Below the pieces are notes generated by a model. It saw only the letters and a list, made by a program, of their open reading frames with translations. It searched no databases and had not been told where the DNA came from. 61,207 nucleotides of DNA from Octopus bimaculoides (lineage: Eukaryota): NCBI RefSeq assembly GCF_001194135.2, contig NC_068981.1:177173889-177235095 (forward strand), read 5' to 3'. The position numbers were made by a program, and so were the translations under genes. Shown piece by piece: positions 1-13,400 of the stretch (position 1 is its first letter; each line of letters starts with the position of its first letter).

Positions 1-1643
1 AGGAGGGCCTGACAACGGTCATGGACTTCAATACTCCTTTCCTGGCTAACTTATTGAAGAAACATTTTAATGCTTCATTAATTTAAAAAAACAGAGCACT
101 GCTTTATCTTTAAGGCTTCTGTTGTAATTTTTAAAAAAAAAAAACATCAACATATTACTAAGAAAACTTCTGGATTTCCAATTTAAGCTGGAAGGACAAG
201 TGGTAACAAGTGTAAGCATTTATTTCCATCCTTTGAGAAATGACAATATCAGCTTCAACTTAGAAAGTCAAAAATAGAACTTAAGGAAAGGCTGCCTTCA
301 GTTAAAAAAAAAAAAAAAGCCGATAGCTATCAGTTTTAATTTAAGTAGTTTGGCTGTTCTACCTTTTTTTGGAGTGGGGGATAGGACTTGTAAATTTGTA
401 AATGAAACCACTTAGGCTTATGGTGATTTGATATCATATTAACAAATTATTGGAAAAAAAATACACTGCTTTCTCTCTGAATTTTCTATTGAATTCATGT
501 CTAAAGAAGAGATTTAATCATTGGAGTCAACTCAAAAGGACAAAAGATCATAGATAATAGGTTGGATTGGTGTAACTTATTTAGGAATTTGAAAAGTGTG
601 GAACTTTTTTGAGGTCGGGGCACTATAAGGCCCAGAAATAGAATTGAACAACATTAATTAGAATTAGTTGTGGTTTAGCCCTTAATTCAGTAGATCTGTG
701 ATCAAAAGTGTTATCTTAAAAACTTGCTGTTTTTAGGATAGTAAAGTTTTCAGGGAAATTTGACTGCTATTTCTAGCAGATTGAGTGACTGCACAGAGAT
801 TCACTCTTCAATTTGTAAAAGTGCACAGCACTGCCATAATACAGGTTCTGAAATTTTTCAGTTAAAGGATTTCTTTTAACTGATGATTTGTATATTCATT
901 CATAATATATCCTGGCAGGTTCAAATGCAAGTATACTAATCACTGTTGTGTATGTCACAGGAGAACAACTTTTTTTTATATATTCACAACAAACTTGTTT
1001 TGAGCCTAAACAAACCATTGGCTTTGTTTATGATTTCAGCAAATGAATTGTTTGATGGTCACTGCTAATATCTACCATGTAATTAAAAAAATCCTTATTT
1101 GAACTGAGCACAGCAAGATCGGAAATGATGATTTGCATATTTGTTCTTAATTTATTCTGGCAGATTAGAATGTAAATATGCTAGCCACTATTGAATACAT
1201 CATAGAACAATATCTTCATTACTCATTGGTGCAAAGGATCCTGGGATACCCGTGTTTCAATATATTGTATCAGCCAGAAGTAGCCGAACCTTTTGCACTT
1301 AAACAAGCCACTGATTTTGTTTGTTTTATTTCAGTGATTATTTATTATTTGTTGATCAGTGTTATCTGCCAACTGTTAAATTTTTTTTTCCCCACTGTAT
1401 TTCAACAACGTAAAAAAAGATGGCCGTCTTTAACAGTAATGAACATGGTAATGCAAAATCTGGAATCCAAGGAAACTGCTATTGGACAGCAGGACAACTG
1501 TTCTTCCATTGCAAAGATCATGGAAGAGTATGATTTTCAGCTCCTCCAACTGAGGAACAGGAGTGGTATCAATTTAAGGGGAGATAAGTGAATGAATGAG
1601 TTGTATCCCTTGACAAGGTACATTACTCTTGTTGTTTCATTGT

Positions 1644-1851
1644 TATTCTTTTATTCATTTTAATCGTTAGACTGCTGCGATACTGGGACACCGCCTTGAA
1701 GAAATTTAGTCGAATCGGCCCAGTACTTTAATTATTTTTTTAAAAACTTGGTACTTATTCTATTGGTCTCTTTGCAAAACCACTAAGTTACGAGGACGTA
1801 AACACACCAACGCCAGTTGTCAAGTGGTCGTGGGACACACATACACACACG

Positions 1852-1890
<39 letters not shown>

Positions 1891-2042
1891 GAAGGGCTTC
1901 TTTCAGTTTCCGTCTACCAAATCCACTCACAAGGCTTTGGTCGGCCCGTGGCTATAGTAGAAGACACTCGTCGAAAGTACCATGCAGTGAGACTGAACCC
2001 AGAATGTGGTTAGGTAGCTATCTTCTTACCACATAGCCACTC
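1644..2042 (-). mobile_element. tRNA-derived SINE (family A), near full length with internal (TA)n/(CA)n
   Basis: Reverse complement matches the copy at 6916-7307; same orientation as 37036-37409 (shared tttcagtttccgtctaccaaatccactcacaaggctttggtcggccc). Confidence 0.85.
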
Positions 2043-2281
2043 GCATTTCAAAATTCAGAGGTTTATGGTATTGGTAAACAACTAAAACCATTGATCCAAT
2101 CCAAGTGTGAAAATGGTAGTTTATGTATTGTCGTGCTTTTTATAATTTCTCTGATGACAAGTTGAACTTTACATTCTTTTTATTCTACTTACATATTACA
2201 TCTGTCAATAAGAACCATCACAATACTCTTTGATTAATGTCTGGTAATTTTGTCATCTTTAATTACTTGTATACGTGTACA

Positions 2282-2332
2282 GTGGAGGTGCAATGGCCCA
2301 GTGGTTAGGGCAGCAGACTCGCGGTCATAGGA
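2282..2332 (+). mobile_element. Isolated 5' head of SINE family B
   Basis: gtggaggtgcaatggcccagtggttagggcagcagactcgcggtcatagga nearly matches the first ~50 nt of the copy starting at 48214. Confidence 0.75.
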
Positions 2333-4903
2333 AAGCCCCAATGCCCACTAAATCAGAAGAGACAGGAATTATAATCAGCAACTAAGAACATGAAGATAAA
2401 TGTATTTGATAAAGAAGAAACAACTATTCTTGTTTTTGTCAGTGTGTAGTTTTTGATATGATCATATTCTCTGCTGTCTGATTCTAGATTTAGTACTAAG
2501 CTCAGATATGAATTTAGTGTACAATTTGCTGTCTTTGAAGATACCATCCCTGTTTTTTATGATTTAGTCACGGGGGATACATAGGACTTCAAAATTGGAT
2601 GTACACATTGATTTTTATGTATGCCAATGACCCAAGTTTTCAAAACAATGAATTTCTCAATTTGTGGCCTATCAGGTAAGTCCAATAATATCACTGAAAT
2701 TATTGATTACTGCCTCAAATCAAAGCTGTTCTAGCCATGGCATTACCAGTTTTATTTTTATTTGTTTCTAAGGTTACATAATCCAGTGTTCCTTCCATTT
2801 TTAAGATGTTAAGTGCAATTTAAAGGAGATTTGGTTGCTATTTCATATCAGAGAGATGGTTTTGTTTATTTAGGAAATACCTAACTACTGTATTTTTCAG
2901 TGTAAACAACGATAGGAAAATGTTGCCAGGGGATCTTTAGTAAACTAACAGGAAACCTGAAATTGCACTTTTGCAAGCACATCAGAATAATCATACATTG
3001 CTATGGATTGTACAGATGGCTCCATTAAATTGTGCTACCAATATGTCAGTACTGGTCATGGAGCTGGGGACAGCAGAGCAAATATTTAAAAACTTTTGTA
3101 CCATTGTTTATTATTATATTATTAAAAGTTGTAAAAATTAGTTTATATAGAGATAATAACTAGACTGTGTAGTTTTTTTCTCAAAATGTTGTTTTGATAC
3201 AATATCAAAGTTTTAAATGCCAATTTCTTTGCACTGAAGACAAGACTAATTATTAGAAAGAATATAGTCAGTAAAATTAGTCATGATATATCACCAACTG
3301 CAAAAGAGATTAAAGTATCTCAGATAAATATAAAATCTCAAAATAGGGTAGGGTTTGAATTTGATGAAGATCCAGTAACTACATACTATAAAGTTTGTCT
3401 CCAAGAAGGATAGCATTGAGTTTTAATCAATATTCTAATTCCAATAAAGATACTGGCGCGAACCAATAAACTACAGTAGGATGGCTGACTAACAGCATTA
3501 GTAGTTTATATCCCATTACTAGAACTGTACTGTCCTTGGTAAAGATACTTAACTCTTTAATGCCCATCCATTGGTGAATATATCTACCTGATGCATGCAG
3601 TAGAACAGCTCTTTGTACAAGTATGATACAATGTAGCAGTGCTGAGTCCCAGTCTTTTAAAGAGCTTCATGTAAACCTTAACTCAAATCTTTTCTTACAC
3701 TAATATAAAACTGTTTCTCAAACATATCAAAGATATTTATATTTAGTTAATTTTTACTGGCTTAAATTATGAGATAAACATTTCTACAACTTACAGGATA
3801 ATTCTGGTGAGTTTCTATTGAGTACTACTTTCAATAACACAGACCTCTCCACTATAGTGTCTCAACAATAATTATTCCATGATTATAATCATATATGAAC
3901 GGACAAGATGAAAAAAACTTCACAGACGTTGAGCAGAAAAATCAATAAATATATAGCACAAAAAAAAATTGCCAGAGTTATCTCCCATGATTGGCAAAAA
4001 ACACAGCCAAGAACCAGCAACATTTGATTTTATGAAATGTATTTGAAAATCTCGTTTAGTGGCAGTCTCCCTCAAATAAATACCAGATTCTCCATGAGGT
4101 TCTGTTATAAACTCGACATTCTAGAGATAGTTGCCAAATTTTCTTTGAATTGCAATTATCTTGAAAAGAATGCATTTGATTGTGTCCTAAATACAGTCTG
4201 GAAAAAAAAATAGAGGTAATTTAAACTCTACTTAATAATACTTAGACTATACTTGATAACAGAGTATGCTTATTTAGGAAATATTCGGTATCTTAACAGC
4301 AAAAAACAACAAAAACCATGCATTCATTTTCTATTCTCTTTCTTTTACTTTTTCACATCCTTTAATCGGTAAGAAAATATCTAGTGAAAGATGATTATTA
4401 CCAACCAAAAGTAAATTCAGATTTAATCTGACATAACGTCTAATTTTTTGAATAGGAAGAGATGAAATACCTGAATATATTACTGGGACTGATATAAACT
4501 ATCCCCATAGAGTCTGAACCTAGAATACACTGGTGAGCTGTAAGTATCCAACTTAGCACTATAGTATCATTAATCTTCACTCTCAGTCATTTTTACAACC
4601 ATTTTTATACACTTGTATGACGTGGATGAACACAGATGCTTACAGTACAAGTGTTTGTGAAGTAGTCACAAATCTAAATACTAAACTAGTTTGGCATGGC
4701 CTCTCTACAGTGTGTTACCTTCCCCCAGTGGGGAACAGTTCTCAAAAGTAACACCCAATTGTTTTCCTCCAAAATTCCTTTGTCCTCGGAATCTACATAG
4801 TCTGAGGTATATTTGTAGAGAATTTCATTAAAAAATATCCATTTTCTTGAAAGTTAAGAGGAATTGAAGTGGATTCCAGTGAATTTTCAGAAATTCCCCA
4901 CCC

Positions 4904-4967
4904 NNNNNNNNNNNNNNNNNNNNNNNNNNNNNNNNNNNNNNNNNNNNNNNNNNNNNNNNNNNNNNNN
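4904..4967. other. Assembly gap (64 N)
   Basis: Run of N. Confidence 1.
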
Positions 4968-5089
4968 ACCCAATTGTTTTCCTCCAAAATTCCTTTGTCC
5001 TCGGAATCTACATAGTCTGAGGTATATTTGTAGAGAATTTCATTAAAAAATATCCATTTTTCTGAAAGTTATGATCATCCAAAGTCGGT

Positions 5090-5910
5090 GGTGGGGGTGC
5101 AGAAAGCTGTACTTATGCAAATTTGTCTACAATATCAAGGTCAGCCAAAAGAATGTCCCTGTATAAGGGAAGAGAGATAGCTGCAGAAAGGGAAGCATGC
5201 CAACAAACAAACAGACTGTGCAGTACAAAAGTTAGAGCATCTCAAAGTGATGAACAGAGAAGGAAGAGCAGTTGCAACAGCTCAGAGAAGCAACTTCTAT
5301 GAAGCAGCTTTCAATTATGATCCAGCAGTTCATTATGCAGATGACACTAGAGTTACCATTGGTGCAATGACAATTGAGTGCATACATTGTAAAGCAAAGA
5401 AGTAGTCTGGAGAGACACCTGCACTGTGCTGCAAAGGTTAAACTCGCTGTAATTCCCCAACTTCTAGAGCCATTGAAGAAACTGTTGTCATCAACTGACT
5501 AAGATTCCAAGCACTTCCAAAACAAAATTAGATAGTACAATGCTGCACTACATCATTTTGAGCCACAAGAGATATAACTGAGCCAGGATTCATGCAAACT
5601 TTCAGGGTCAAAGGTCAGATTTATCATCAGATTGGCTCTCTACTACCTCTGTCAAATGAATCACCAAAATTCTTTCAGATATATTTTATGGGTGATCCTC
5701 AACAAGAAGGGCAAGGGTGGTGCAAGAACATTTCCGGCATCAAGATGATGCACTAAAGGTGGTGGGACTTAACCTCCTTCAATCTTGCTTCTCACATGGT
5801 CAGATGTATGTTGGATGTTCTATATTTGGAGATGAAAAGAATCTCTACATTCTCAGTGATAAACATGGCAAGACAGAAAACACAGTATGTGAAGAAGCAC
5901 TTACATGAAT
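5090..5910 (+). mobile_element. Helitron Rep/helicase relic with a large internal deletion
   Basis: Decayed reading AFNYDPAVHY..IGAMTIECIHCKAKK..ETPALCC..FRVKGQIYHQIGSLLP..PKFFQIYFMGD (Rep N-terminus), then LKVVGLNLLQSCFSHGQMYVGCS..KTENTVCEEAL (Pif1-type helicase C-terminus). Internal stops present. Confidence 0.85.
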
Positions 5911-5929
5911 AGTATGTCCATCTCATATA

Positions 5930-6402
5930 CATCATCATTATCATTGTTTAACGTCCGATTTCCATGCTAGCATGGGTTGGACGATTTGACTGAGGACTGG
6001 CAAACCAGATGGCTATACCAGGCTCCAATCTGATTTGGCAGAGTTTCTACAGCTGGATGCCCTTCCTAAACGCCAACCACTCCGAGAGTGTAGTGGGTGC
6101 TTTTACGTGCCACCGGCACGGAGGCCAGTCAGGCGGTACTGGCAATGGCCATGCTCAAAATGGTGTATTTTATGTGCCACCAGCACAGGAGCCAGTCCAG
6201 CAGCACTGGCAACGACCTCGCTCAAATGTCTTTTTACATGCCACCGGCAGAAGTGCCAGGAAGGCAACGCTGGTAACAATCACGCTCAAATGGTGCTATT
6301 TACATGTCACTGGCACAGAAGCCAGACAGCTGCTATGGCAACAATCACGGTCAGACGGTGCTCTTAGCACTCCACTGGTACAGGTGCCATCACGATTTCG
6401 CT
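5930..6402 (-). mobile_element. RTE-LINE 3'UTR-only copy with (GAT)n tail
   Basis: Reverse complement of 36238-36683 and of 51350-51587, where the same sequence follows an RTE ORF end. Confidence 0.85.
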
Positions 6403-6808
6403 TAGAAGTGTAAAACTAATGAGTGTTACAGTATTGTTTTTACACTTTCACTTTTTCACTGACATGCGTGAATGTATATCTGTGCATATAAAAGTGCAAC
6501 AGTAACATGATATATCCACTGTCTGTTTGTGTGTTCTCTATGCACGACCTTTCATTGTTTATAATCTGTATCTGTTTTTTGGTTACGAAATAAGTTAGAC
6601 AAACATGTATTTACTTTATATACATATACGAGTTGAAAACTTTCCTTTCACATTTCACTTAACGTCTATATTCCATGCTGGCATGGGTTGCAGAGTTATG
6701 TAAAAAGTTGGTGTCTCAGCTACTAGCAGCTGAGACCTGCGTAATCTACATGGCGTTTTCAAATTTCATTATTTTCTTTAACCTGGACAATGCCAGGAAT
6801 TTCTGCTA

Positions 6809-6870
<62 letters not shown>

Positions 6871-6875
6871 ACATA

Positions 6876-6910
<35 letters not shown>

Positions 6911-6915
6911 GTTGG

Positions 6916-7307
6916 GACAGGAATGGCTCTCCACCAAAGAAGCTTGCTAACCAATCACATGGTTCCAGATTCATACCTACTGTGTGGCACCTTGGGCAAG
7001 TGTCTTCTACTATGCCCTCAGGACAAACAAACCCTCATAGTGAATTTGGTAGACGGAAACTGAAAGAAGCCCATTTTGTGTGTGCATGTGTGTGTGTGTT
7101 TATCTCCTCACCACAGCTTGACAACCGGTGTTGGCTTGTTTACATCCCCACAGCTTAGCAGTTTAGCAAAAGAGACCAATAGAATAAGTACCAGGCTTTA
7201 AAAAAATAGTTTTGGGATCGATTCATTCAATTAAATTTCTTCAAGGTAGTGAGTGCCCCAGCATGGCTTGCAGTTTAATGACTGAAACAAGTAAAAGAAT
7301 AAAAGAA
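6916..7307 (+). mobile_element. tRNA-derived SINE (family A), preceded by (TA)n(TG)n microsatellite at ~6810-6910
   Basis: aagaagcttgctaaccaatcacatggttcc...atgactgaaacaagtaaaagaataaaaga; homologous to 1644-2042 and 37036-37409. Confidence 0.85.
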
Positions 7308-8940
7308 TATATAAACCTTGAACATGGAAGTTCGCCATTAGAAATATTCCACGAGTTTTTCGCGGATGAGATGTTCCAATATATAGCAGACGAAATGAAT
7401 GACTAAGCTGAAAACCATCGCCAGCATGTCAGACCCGGGCATGGCAGTGATTGGTTTCCAATCACAGATGATAAAATCAAAGTTCTGCTTGTCCTGCTGA
7501 TACTGATGGCATTATGAAGAAACCAACTCTGGTGTCATATCGGAATCAGGATTCCTTTCTTTCCAGAAATGATGCCAGGTGATCGATTTTTGGCACTTTT
7601 TCAAAATCTACATTTCAACTCAGTTGAGAACCAGGATGACAGGCTGCACAAAATATGTCCTACTGTTGACAAAGTGGCTGAAAATTTCAGCATGGTGTAT
7701 GTCCCCACACAGGACATTTGTATGGACAAGAGTTTGTGGAAATTCAAGGGAAGGCTCCATTTCAAATAATACAACCCAACCAAAATGCCCACTTTGGAGT
7801 CAAGGTTTATAAAGTATGCCAGTCAACTGGCAGAGCCTGTAGGTACACGTGGCTACACTGGTCAGGACAGATTGGATCTTCCAGCATCATCTCTAATATC
7901 AACTGATGTTGTGTTGTTGCCCAATGAAAACTTTTTTGACAAAGGCTACAATATTTATATGGACAACTGGTATTCCAGTTCAGACCTCTTCCTGCAGGTG
8001 AGGAGGACTAATGCCTGTGGGACTGTGAAGATGCACAGAAAAAACATGTCACCTGATTTTCACAAGATAAAACTTCGAAAGGGGAAAGCAGCATACCCAT
8101 GCCCTGATAGTGGCATTCTCACTCTAGTGTGGCATGACAAGAAAAACATCTGCATGTTATCCAAAATGCATTCTGCAAGCACAAAGGACACTAGGAAACA
8201 AGATACAGGTGGTAATGCCATAATGAAACTGAGTGTAGTTGTTTCATACAATGAAGGGATGGGCGGAGTCAATCACTCAGATCAGCTGGCAACAACACAC
8301 AAATCGGTGAGAAAATTTGTGAAATGGTACAAAAAATATTCTTGTGTATAGTTGACATGTGTGTTGTGAACTCACATTTGATTTGATAGATACTTGGCAG
8401 TGTGGGGGATGGATTGACATTCAAGAATCTATTGTTCCAGGAAATGATAGAAGCATCAGATTTACCAAAGTACAGAACATGTGGACTTCCGCAGGCTGGA
8501 CTTTCTCCTCTCCACATGGTAAAGGGACATGGACATTTTCCACGACTGTTTCTCCCCACCGCCAAGAAGACAAATGCCTCAAAGAGATGCACAGTATGTA
8601 AAGCAAAAGGGAAACGTAAGGAAAATAGATACACTGTGTATGGTACCCTATTTTGAACTCTACCACACTAATTCACATGATTGTAAATACATGAAGTTGA
8701 TCTGACTTGTGCTATCAAATGATCTTATTCAAGAATAATACCACATAAGCATCCTGCACAGGGATATACTTTAGGTAAATAAACAGTATTTGCTCTAAAG
8801 TGGTTGACATAAATATATGCTGAACGTTATCTTGTACTGAGTGCTGATCTGAATCGGTACGATTACTGTTGCCGCGCACAGGCAACCAAATGAATCGCTG
8901 CCATAAACCAGTTAAAGCGGTTGATGTAAATATATGTTAA
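7300..8940 (+). mobile_element. piggyBac (PGBD4-like) transposon relic, 5'-truncated
   Basis: Overlapping ORF fragments carry MDKSLWKFKGR, YNIYMDNWYSS, YNEGMGGVNHSDQL (GGVD>GGVN) and Cys-rich RCTVCKAKGKRKENRY. Stops and frameshifts. Imperfect 24-nt direct repeat at 8796-8819 and 8913-8936; TTAA at 8937. Confidence 0.85.
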
Positions 8941-8959
8941 ACCATTGTCATGGGGGTTA

Positions 8960-9310
8960 CAGATAGCGATTGTGACATATCCGACAAGCCTCGCTCTGGA
9001 AGATGACCCACTCTGAATGATGGCCTTTTGAATGAGACTTGTATTGGATCCACGTCAAAGCACTATTGATTTGGTGCAAAAATTTAATGTGTCATGTTCC
9101 ATGAACATCTCAAGAAAATTAGGAAGGCATGCAAAGAGGGAATTTGGGTTCCACATGGGCTTATGCTTGAGAACCAAAAACAACATTCCATCATCTGCAG
9201 CAGTCTTCTAACCAGGAATAACAACCTGAGAGGAAGTTGAAAACAGTCTTACAGACTTTTTTTCAGAAAAAGAAATAAGTTTCTTTGAATGTGGCATAAA
9301 AAAAGTTACG
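8960..9310 (+). mobile_element. Short deleted mariner transposase relic
   Basis: Reads EGIWVPHGL..NQKQHSIICSSLL joined to EEVENSLTDFFSEKEISFFECGIK (mariner linker and C-terminus). Confidence 0.6.
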
Positions 9311-10419
9311 AGGTGCCAGAGACATTAGTCACCATTACAGGAGATACTATTACAGTGAATACTTTATTAAAACTAATTAAAAAAAACATCACTCTCTTGA
9401 TGGTTTTTACCTAGTTTCTCTAATGAATGAATGAATGAATGAATGAATGCATGCATACATGTATGTGATTTGTAAAATGTTAAGATCAACTAATCATGAA
9501 TTACCTTCTTCTGGTCTAAAAGAGAACTATTAGTATTTAATATGCAGCTTTGACAATATTATATATGTGTGGTTTCCACTGAGAGATAAACAGTTTGTGA
9601 AGCCTATTATGCATAGTGAATTTCAGAGTTGTATTTGTATATCATGTCTCACTGTCTATATTTAAGTTCAAAATGCAATAAATATTATTCATAATTTTGT
9701 TATACATAAATCTGAATAATTAAGGTAAAAAAATAGTTTTCAATATTTTTCCTAAATTTTATAACTTTAGAACTTTCCTTGTGGAGTATATTATGAAGTT
9801 GAAAAATATTGAGAACCACTGACTAAAAGCAGAAAAACCCCCCAAATAACTGCTAATAGTGTTCCAAAGTCTCCATCACAAAGGTGATAGAGAAAGAATT
9901 TATTTACTCTGCACAGAAAGAGAGTGAGATTTGATATGAATAGAAAAACACGACCAAATAACAATTGTGGGACAAGAAAGATACTTAGAAGCAAGCAAAA
10001 GAAAGCTCATTAGTGTAATAAGAGAACATGAAGAAAATCAAGCAAAAAAAAAAAAAAATTTTCTCTCTTTATATGGAAATAATGAAGAGCAAAGAGGAAA
10101 CTAACTACACTGAAGAAAAAAAGATTTAGATAAGGACAAATCAACATAAAAGGCTACTAAAAACAACAGAATATAAATTGAATTCCTAAATATACTGAAG
10201 AAAAAAATGGAGAGAAAAACCCTCCATGGCCAATGTACTTCAAGAGTCACCAAAAAAAATAAATAACCTGAGTGCAATGCCTACAATAGTTCAAAAGTTA
10301 TGGGATAAAAACAGAAAAATAAAGTCTAAATTCAGCTGTGCAAGACCAATGCCCAGTCACAAGCAACTATAAAAATAGTGAAAAATGATGCCAAAAACAA
10401 GACTATGGGACAATGAGAT

Positions 10420-13400
10420 AGTTGACCACATGATCTCATCCTTACCAAGTCTTGTCACTTTCCTCCACCTTTCATAAAACACACTACAAAATAGCACCAC
10501 CCTCTTTACTCTCACCTTGCACTTCAAGTGACATTTGAATAAGTTGATGAGAGTTGATGATCAAAGAGGAAAATGCTTGTCTTCAAACCTCTTAGACAAG
10601 TTCACCACACATCTTTCACCATAGCCACCAAACAGAGAAACACTATTCATCCTTTCCTGTCAAAGGAAGGTAGCAAACTGATTTTCACTACAGACTCAAC
10701 TGGTAGATGGATTCATCCCCATATACCCAAGCAGCTGATTGGTATAAGCCTACAAAAGGTAAAACATAGACAGCAATTATGTTCAAAATGTTTTCATTTT
10801 CTCTTGTGCAGGTTTGGTTGTTGGCACTTCTGTGGCTGTAGAGCTTGTCTCCATGTAGCACCTCCATGCCAAGAACTTGTCACTTTTATAGGAAATGAAA
10901 ATGCATACAATCCAGTCCCATTGTACATTTCTTGGAACAAAATACAAAGGTTAGGTGATTGTACCCCCCCCCCCCCCNNNNNNNNNNNNNNNNNNNNNNN
11001 NNNNNNNNNNNNNNNNNNNNNNNNNNNNNNNNNNNNNNNNNNNNNNNNNNNNNNNNNNNNNNNNNNNNNNNNNNNNNCCAGGTAGTATTGTAAGCATAAG
11101 ACATTCCTGCCTGACTTTTCAAAGACATCTCCCAACCTATTTCTGAATAACACTGACCACCTTGTTTGCAACTGCTTCTCGGTTTCTATTTGCTGAAAGA
11201 TCTGCTTCAGACCAGACCTGAGTACATTAACCAGGCCTGTAGTCCAGTGATTGTAATTGCTACTGGCTAGCAAGGATTTGCCTCTCCAGGTACTTTGTTA
11301 CAAGCTCATTGACTTGTCCCAACTATGTGCTCCTGTACACTTTTGATATAGTATGATGTCAAACACATCTGTATTCAGAATGTCTGACACCATGATAGAG
11401 ACTAAGTATTCAATGTTAAATGGTATTAAGAACTGATTGCTTAGTTTGACCACCAGACAGATGCTGCTTGGATGTGTTTAGCTTCTAATAACTGGATTCC
11501 TGTCTATTGTTCTAACTCATTTGCACAAGTTATAAATTTGTGGTCTAGCTAACCAACTAGCCAAAACTATATACTGTTTCTAACTTGACTGTACAAGTTC
11601 ATAACTTGTGGTCTGTGAATCCAACAAGCCAAAACTATAGCCAACTTACACTAATCCTAACCTGATGGAAATTCTATTTAAATGCAACCTGGAAGACTTG
11701 TGATTTCTCCAAGTCTATGATGGTACATTTGGCAAAGCAAGGTGAAAATTGTCCAGCAGTTGGAAATGCCTAACAATGTTTGTGAGACCTTTTCACTTTT
11801 CTCTTCTATTTGGTCCTCTGTTACAATCACTGCATGCAACTGAAATGCCATTCCAATCATGTACTAACATTAATGTGCAAGACATTTCTAGATGTCTAAA
11901 GAAAGCAGTCCTTCTTGCTCCAGCTGAGACATAAAAAGCCATTAGTCTGGTGGCACCACAATTGTTACTCACATCCAGAAGCACTGATTTACTATGTGGG
12001 TCCAGGAAGACTATATATTCCTCTAGGTCTAGGCCTTAGAGGAACAGCATTGCTATGTCACTTAAACTGAGCCAACTGAAAGTGGCATGTGCCATGTCGT
12101 CACCCAGAAGAGAGGAGAACGATTTTGTTTAGTAAACTCTGGTTTTGTTAATGGCTATCATTTCCAGACATATCAACTAGAAGCCATTGAGCAGGTGTCC
12201 CTGTTTTTGCTCTGATTCTAGGGTGTATACATTTATATTGTCTATTTTTGTAGTGTAGCTATTTAAGCAAGAGACCAAGGAGATGGTTACTTACTTTGGT
12301 CTTCTTTTTGAGGCCTTATTAAGCAACCTCCAGAATCCTGAAACGTTCTGAAGGAAGTCATACATTGTTGATGTGGTTCTAACCAGAAGTCTCCTTTGTT
12401 AGGGTTTTCGAGAGTTACTTTCTTGAGGCTCGCACCTGAAGTTAAAATTTTGTTTTTGTTGGAACTTACATAATCTTTTCAGAGAACTGTGTTTTGGAGT
12501 CAGGCCACTGGATTTGTCTGTCCAACCTATCTTCCTTTTTTTGTGGCCTTTCTGCAAGCCATTTGGATGCTTCTGTTGGTTTTCGTTGTTGGTAGCAGTG
12601 AAGGAAAGAGCTGCTCTACATCTGGTTTCTCTCCTCTGGAGTAGAAAGCTTTGAGGTGATTTGTTTGTAGTATAGGTAGCATTTGGGGTTTCTTCTTTCC
12701 ATTACCACTTAGACTCTTCAAACTGAAAGCTATTTGGGATGCTAGTCAGGTCCTCAGGTGTGGTCAACACTTGGAACCACAGCAACATGCCTGTTTTCTT
12801 CTGTCGGGGAGTATACCCGAGTCCTTTTACTTCTCCACCATTTTCCCCATTCTAGCTTGGTCCCTCACCATCCTTACCTTCTCCCCAAAGCAGAACTCAA
12901 AGAGTCAATGAAAGCTTGACTCAGAAAGAACTATGTATCTTTAGTCTTTTCAGTCATGCTCACCATACAAAATTTTCCTCCATAACTATCAGACAGAGAA
13001 AAACTGTCAGCCCTTTTGACTCAAAGGAAAAGGGTCCATTGATGACTCACCTTTTGAAAATCTGCCTTTTCAAATATTGTAGGGTAATAACAAATCTTTG
13101 GGGCGAGCAAGTAGTAGCGATCATGATTCTGGCCTCCTCCCTGTTGCAGATGGCAGCAAATAGCTCATGTTGCTTAACTTTTATAATGTATCCTATTGTG
13201 CACCACGCTTCCTGTAGGAATTTTCCACTTGTGCTGGGCTTTTGCTCTTTCCTATTTATACACCTGTAAATGGTTGCTTTTTTTCCGGATGCTATTTTCT
13301 TCTTCAGCTGCAGGTTTCATGACTCCAGAATAAGTTGTTCTCTTCACACAACCTTTTACACTGGAGACAGTAGACAGAGTCAAAGAAAGTTGGTTTGGGT

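Noticed and set aside
1178-1591. 137-aa plus-strand ORF
   Set aside because: No recognisable domain, AT-rich intron-like composition and no convincing splice context. The weak resemblance of QQDN..KIMEEYDFQLL to a mariner fragment is too thin to call.
2193-2201. Possible 9-nt minus-strand microexon (ttattgacag|ATGTAATAT|gtaagt)
   Set aside because: Weak exonic donor bases and nothing to link it to; expected by chance in AT-rich DNA.
2353-2547. Minus ORF with LESDSREYDHIKNY, faintly PARP-like
   Set aside because: Only a few matching residues, a purine-rich acceptor and no partner exons.
6759-7158. YIYI/CVCV ORFs (also at 1824, 35532-35822, 46392, 57445)
   Set aside because: Translations of microsatellites.
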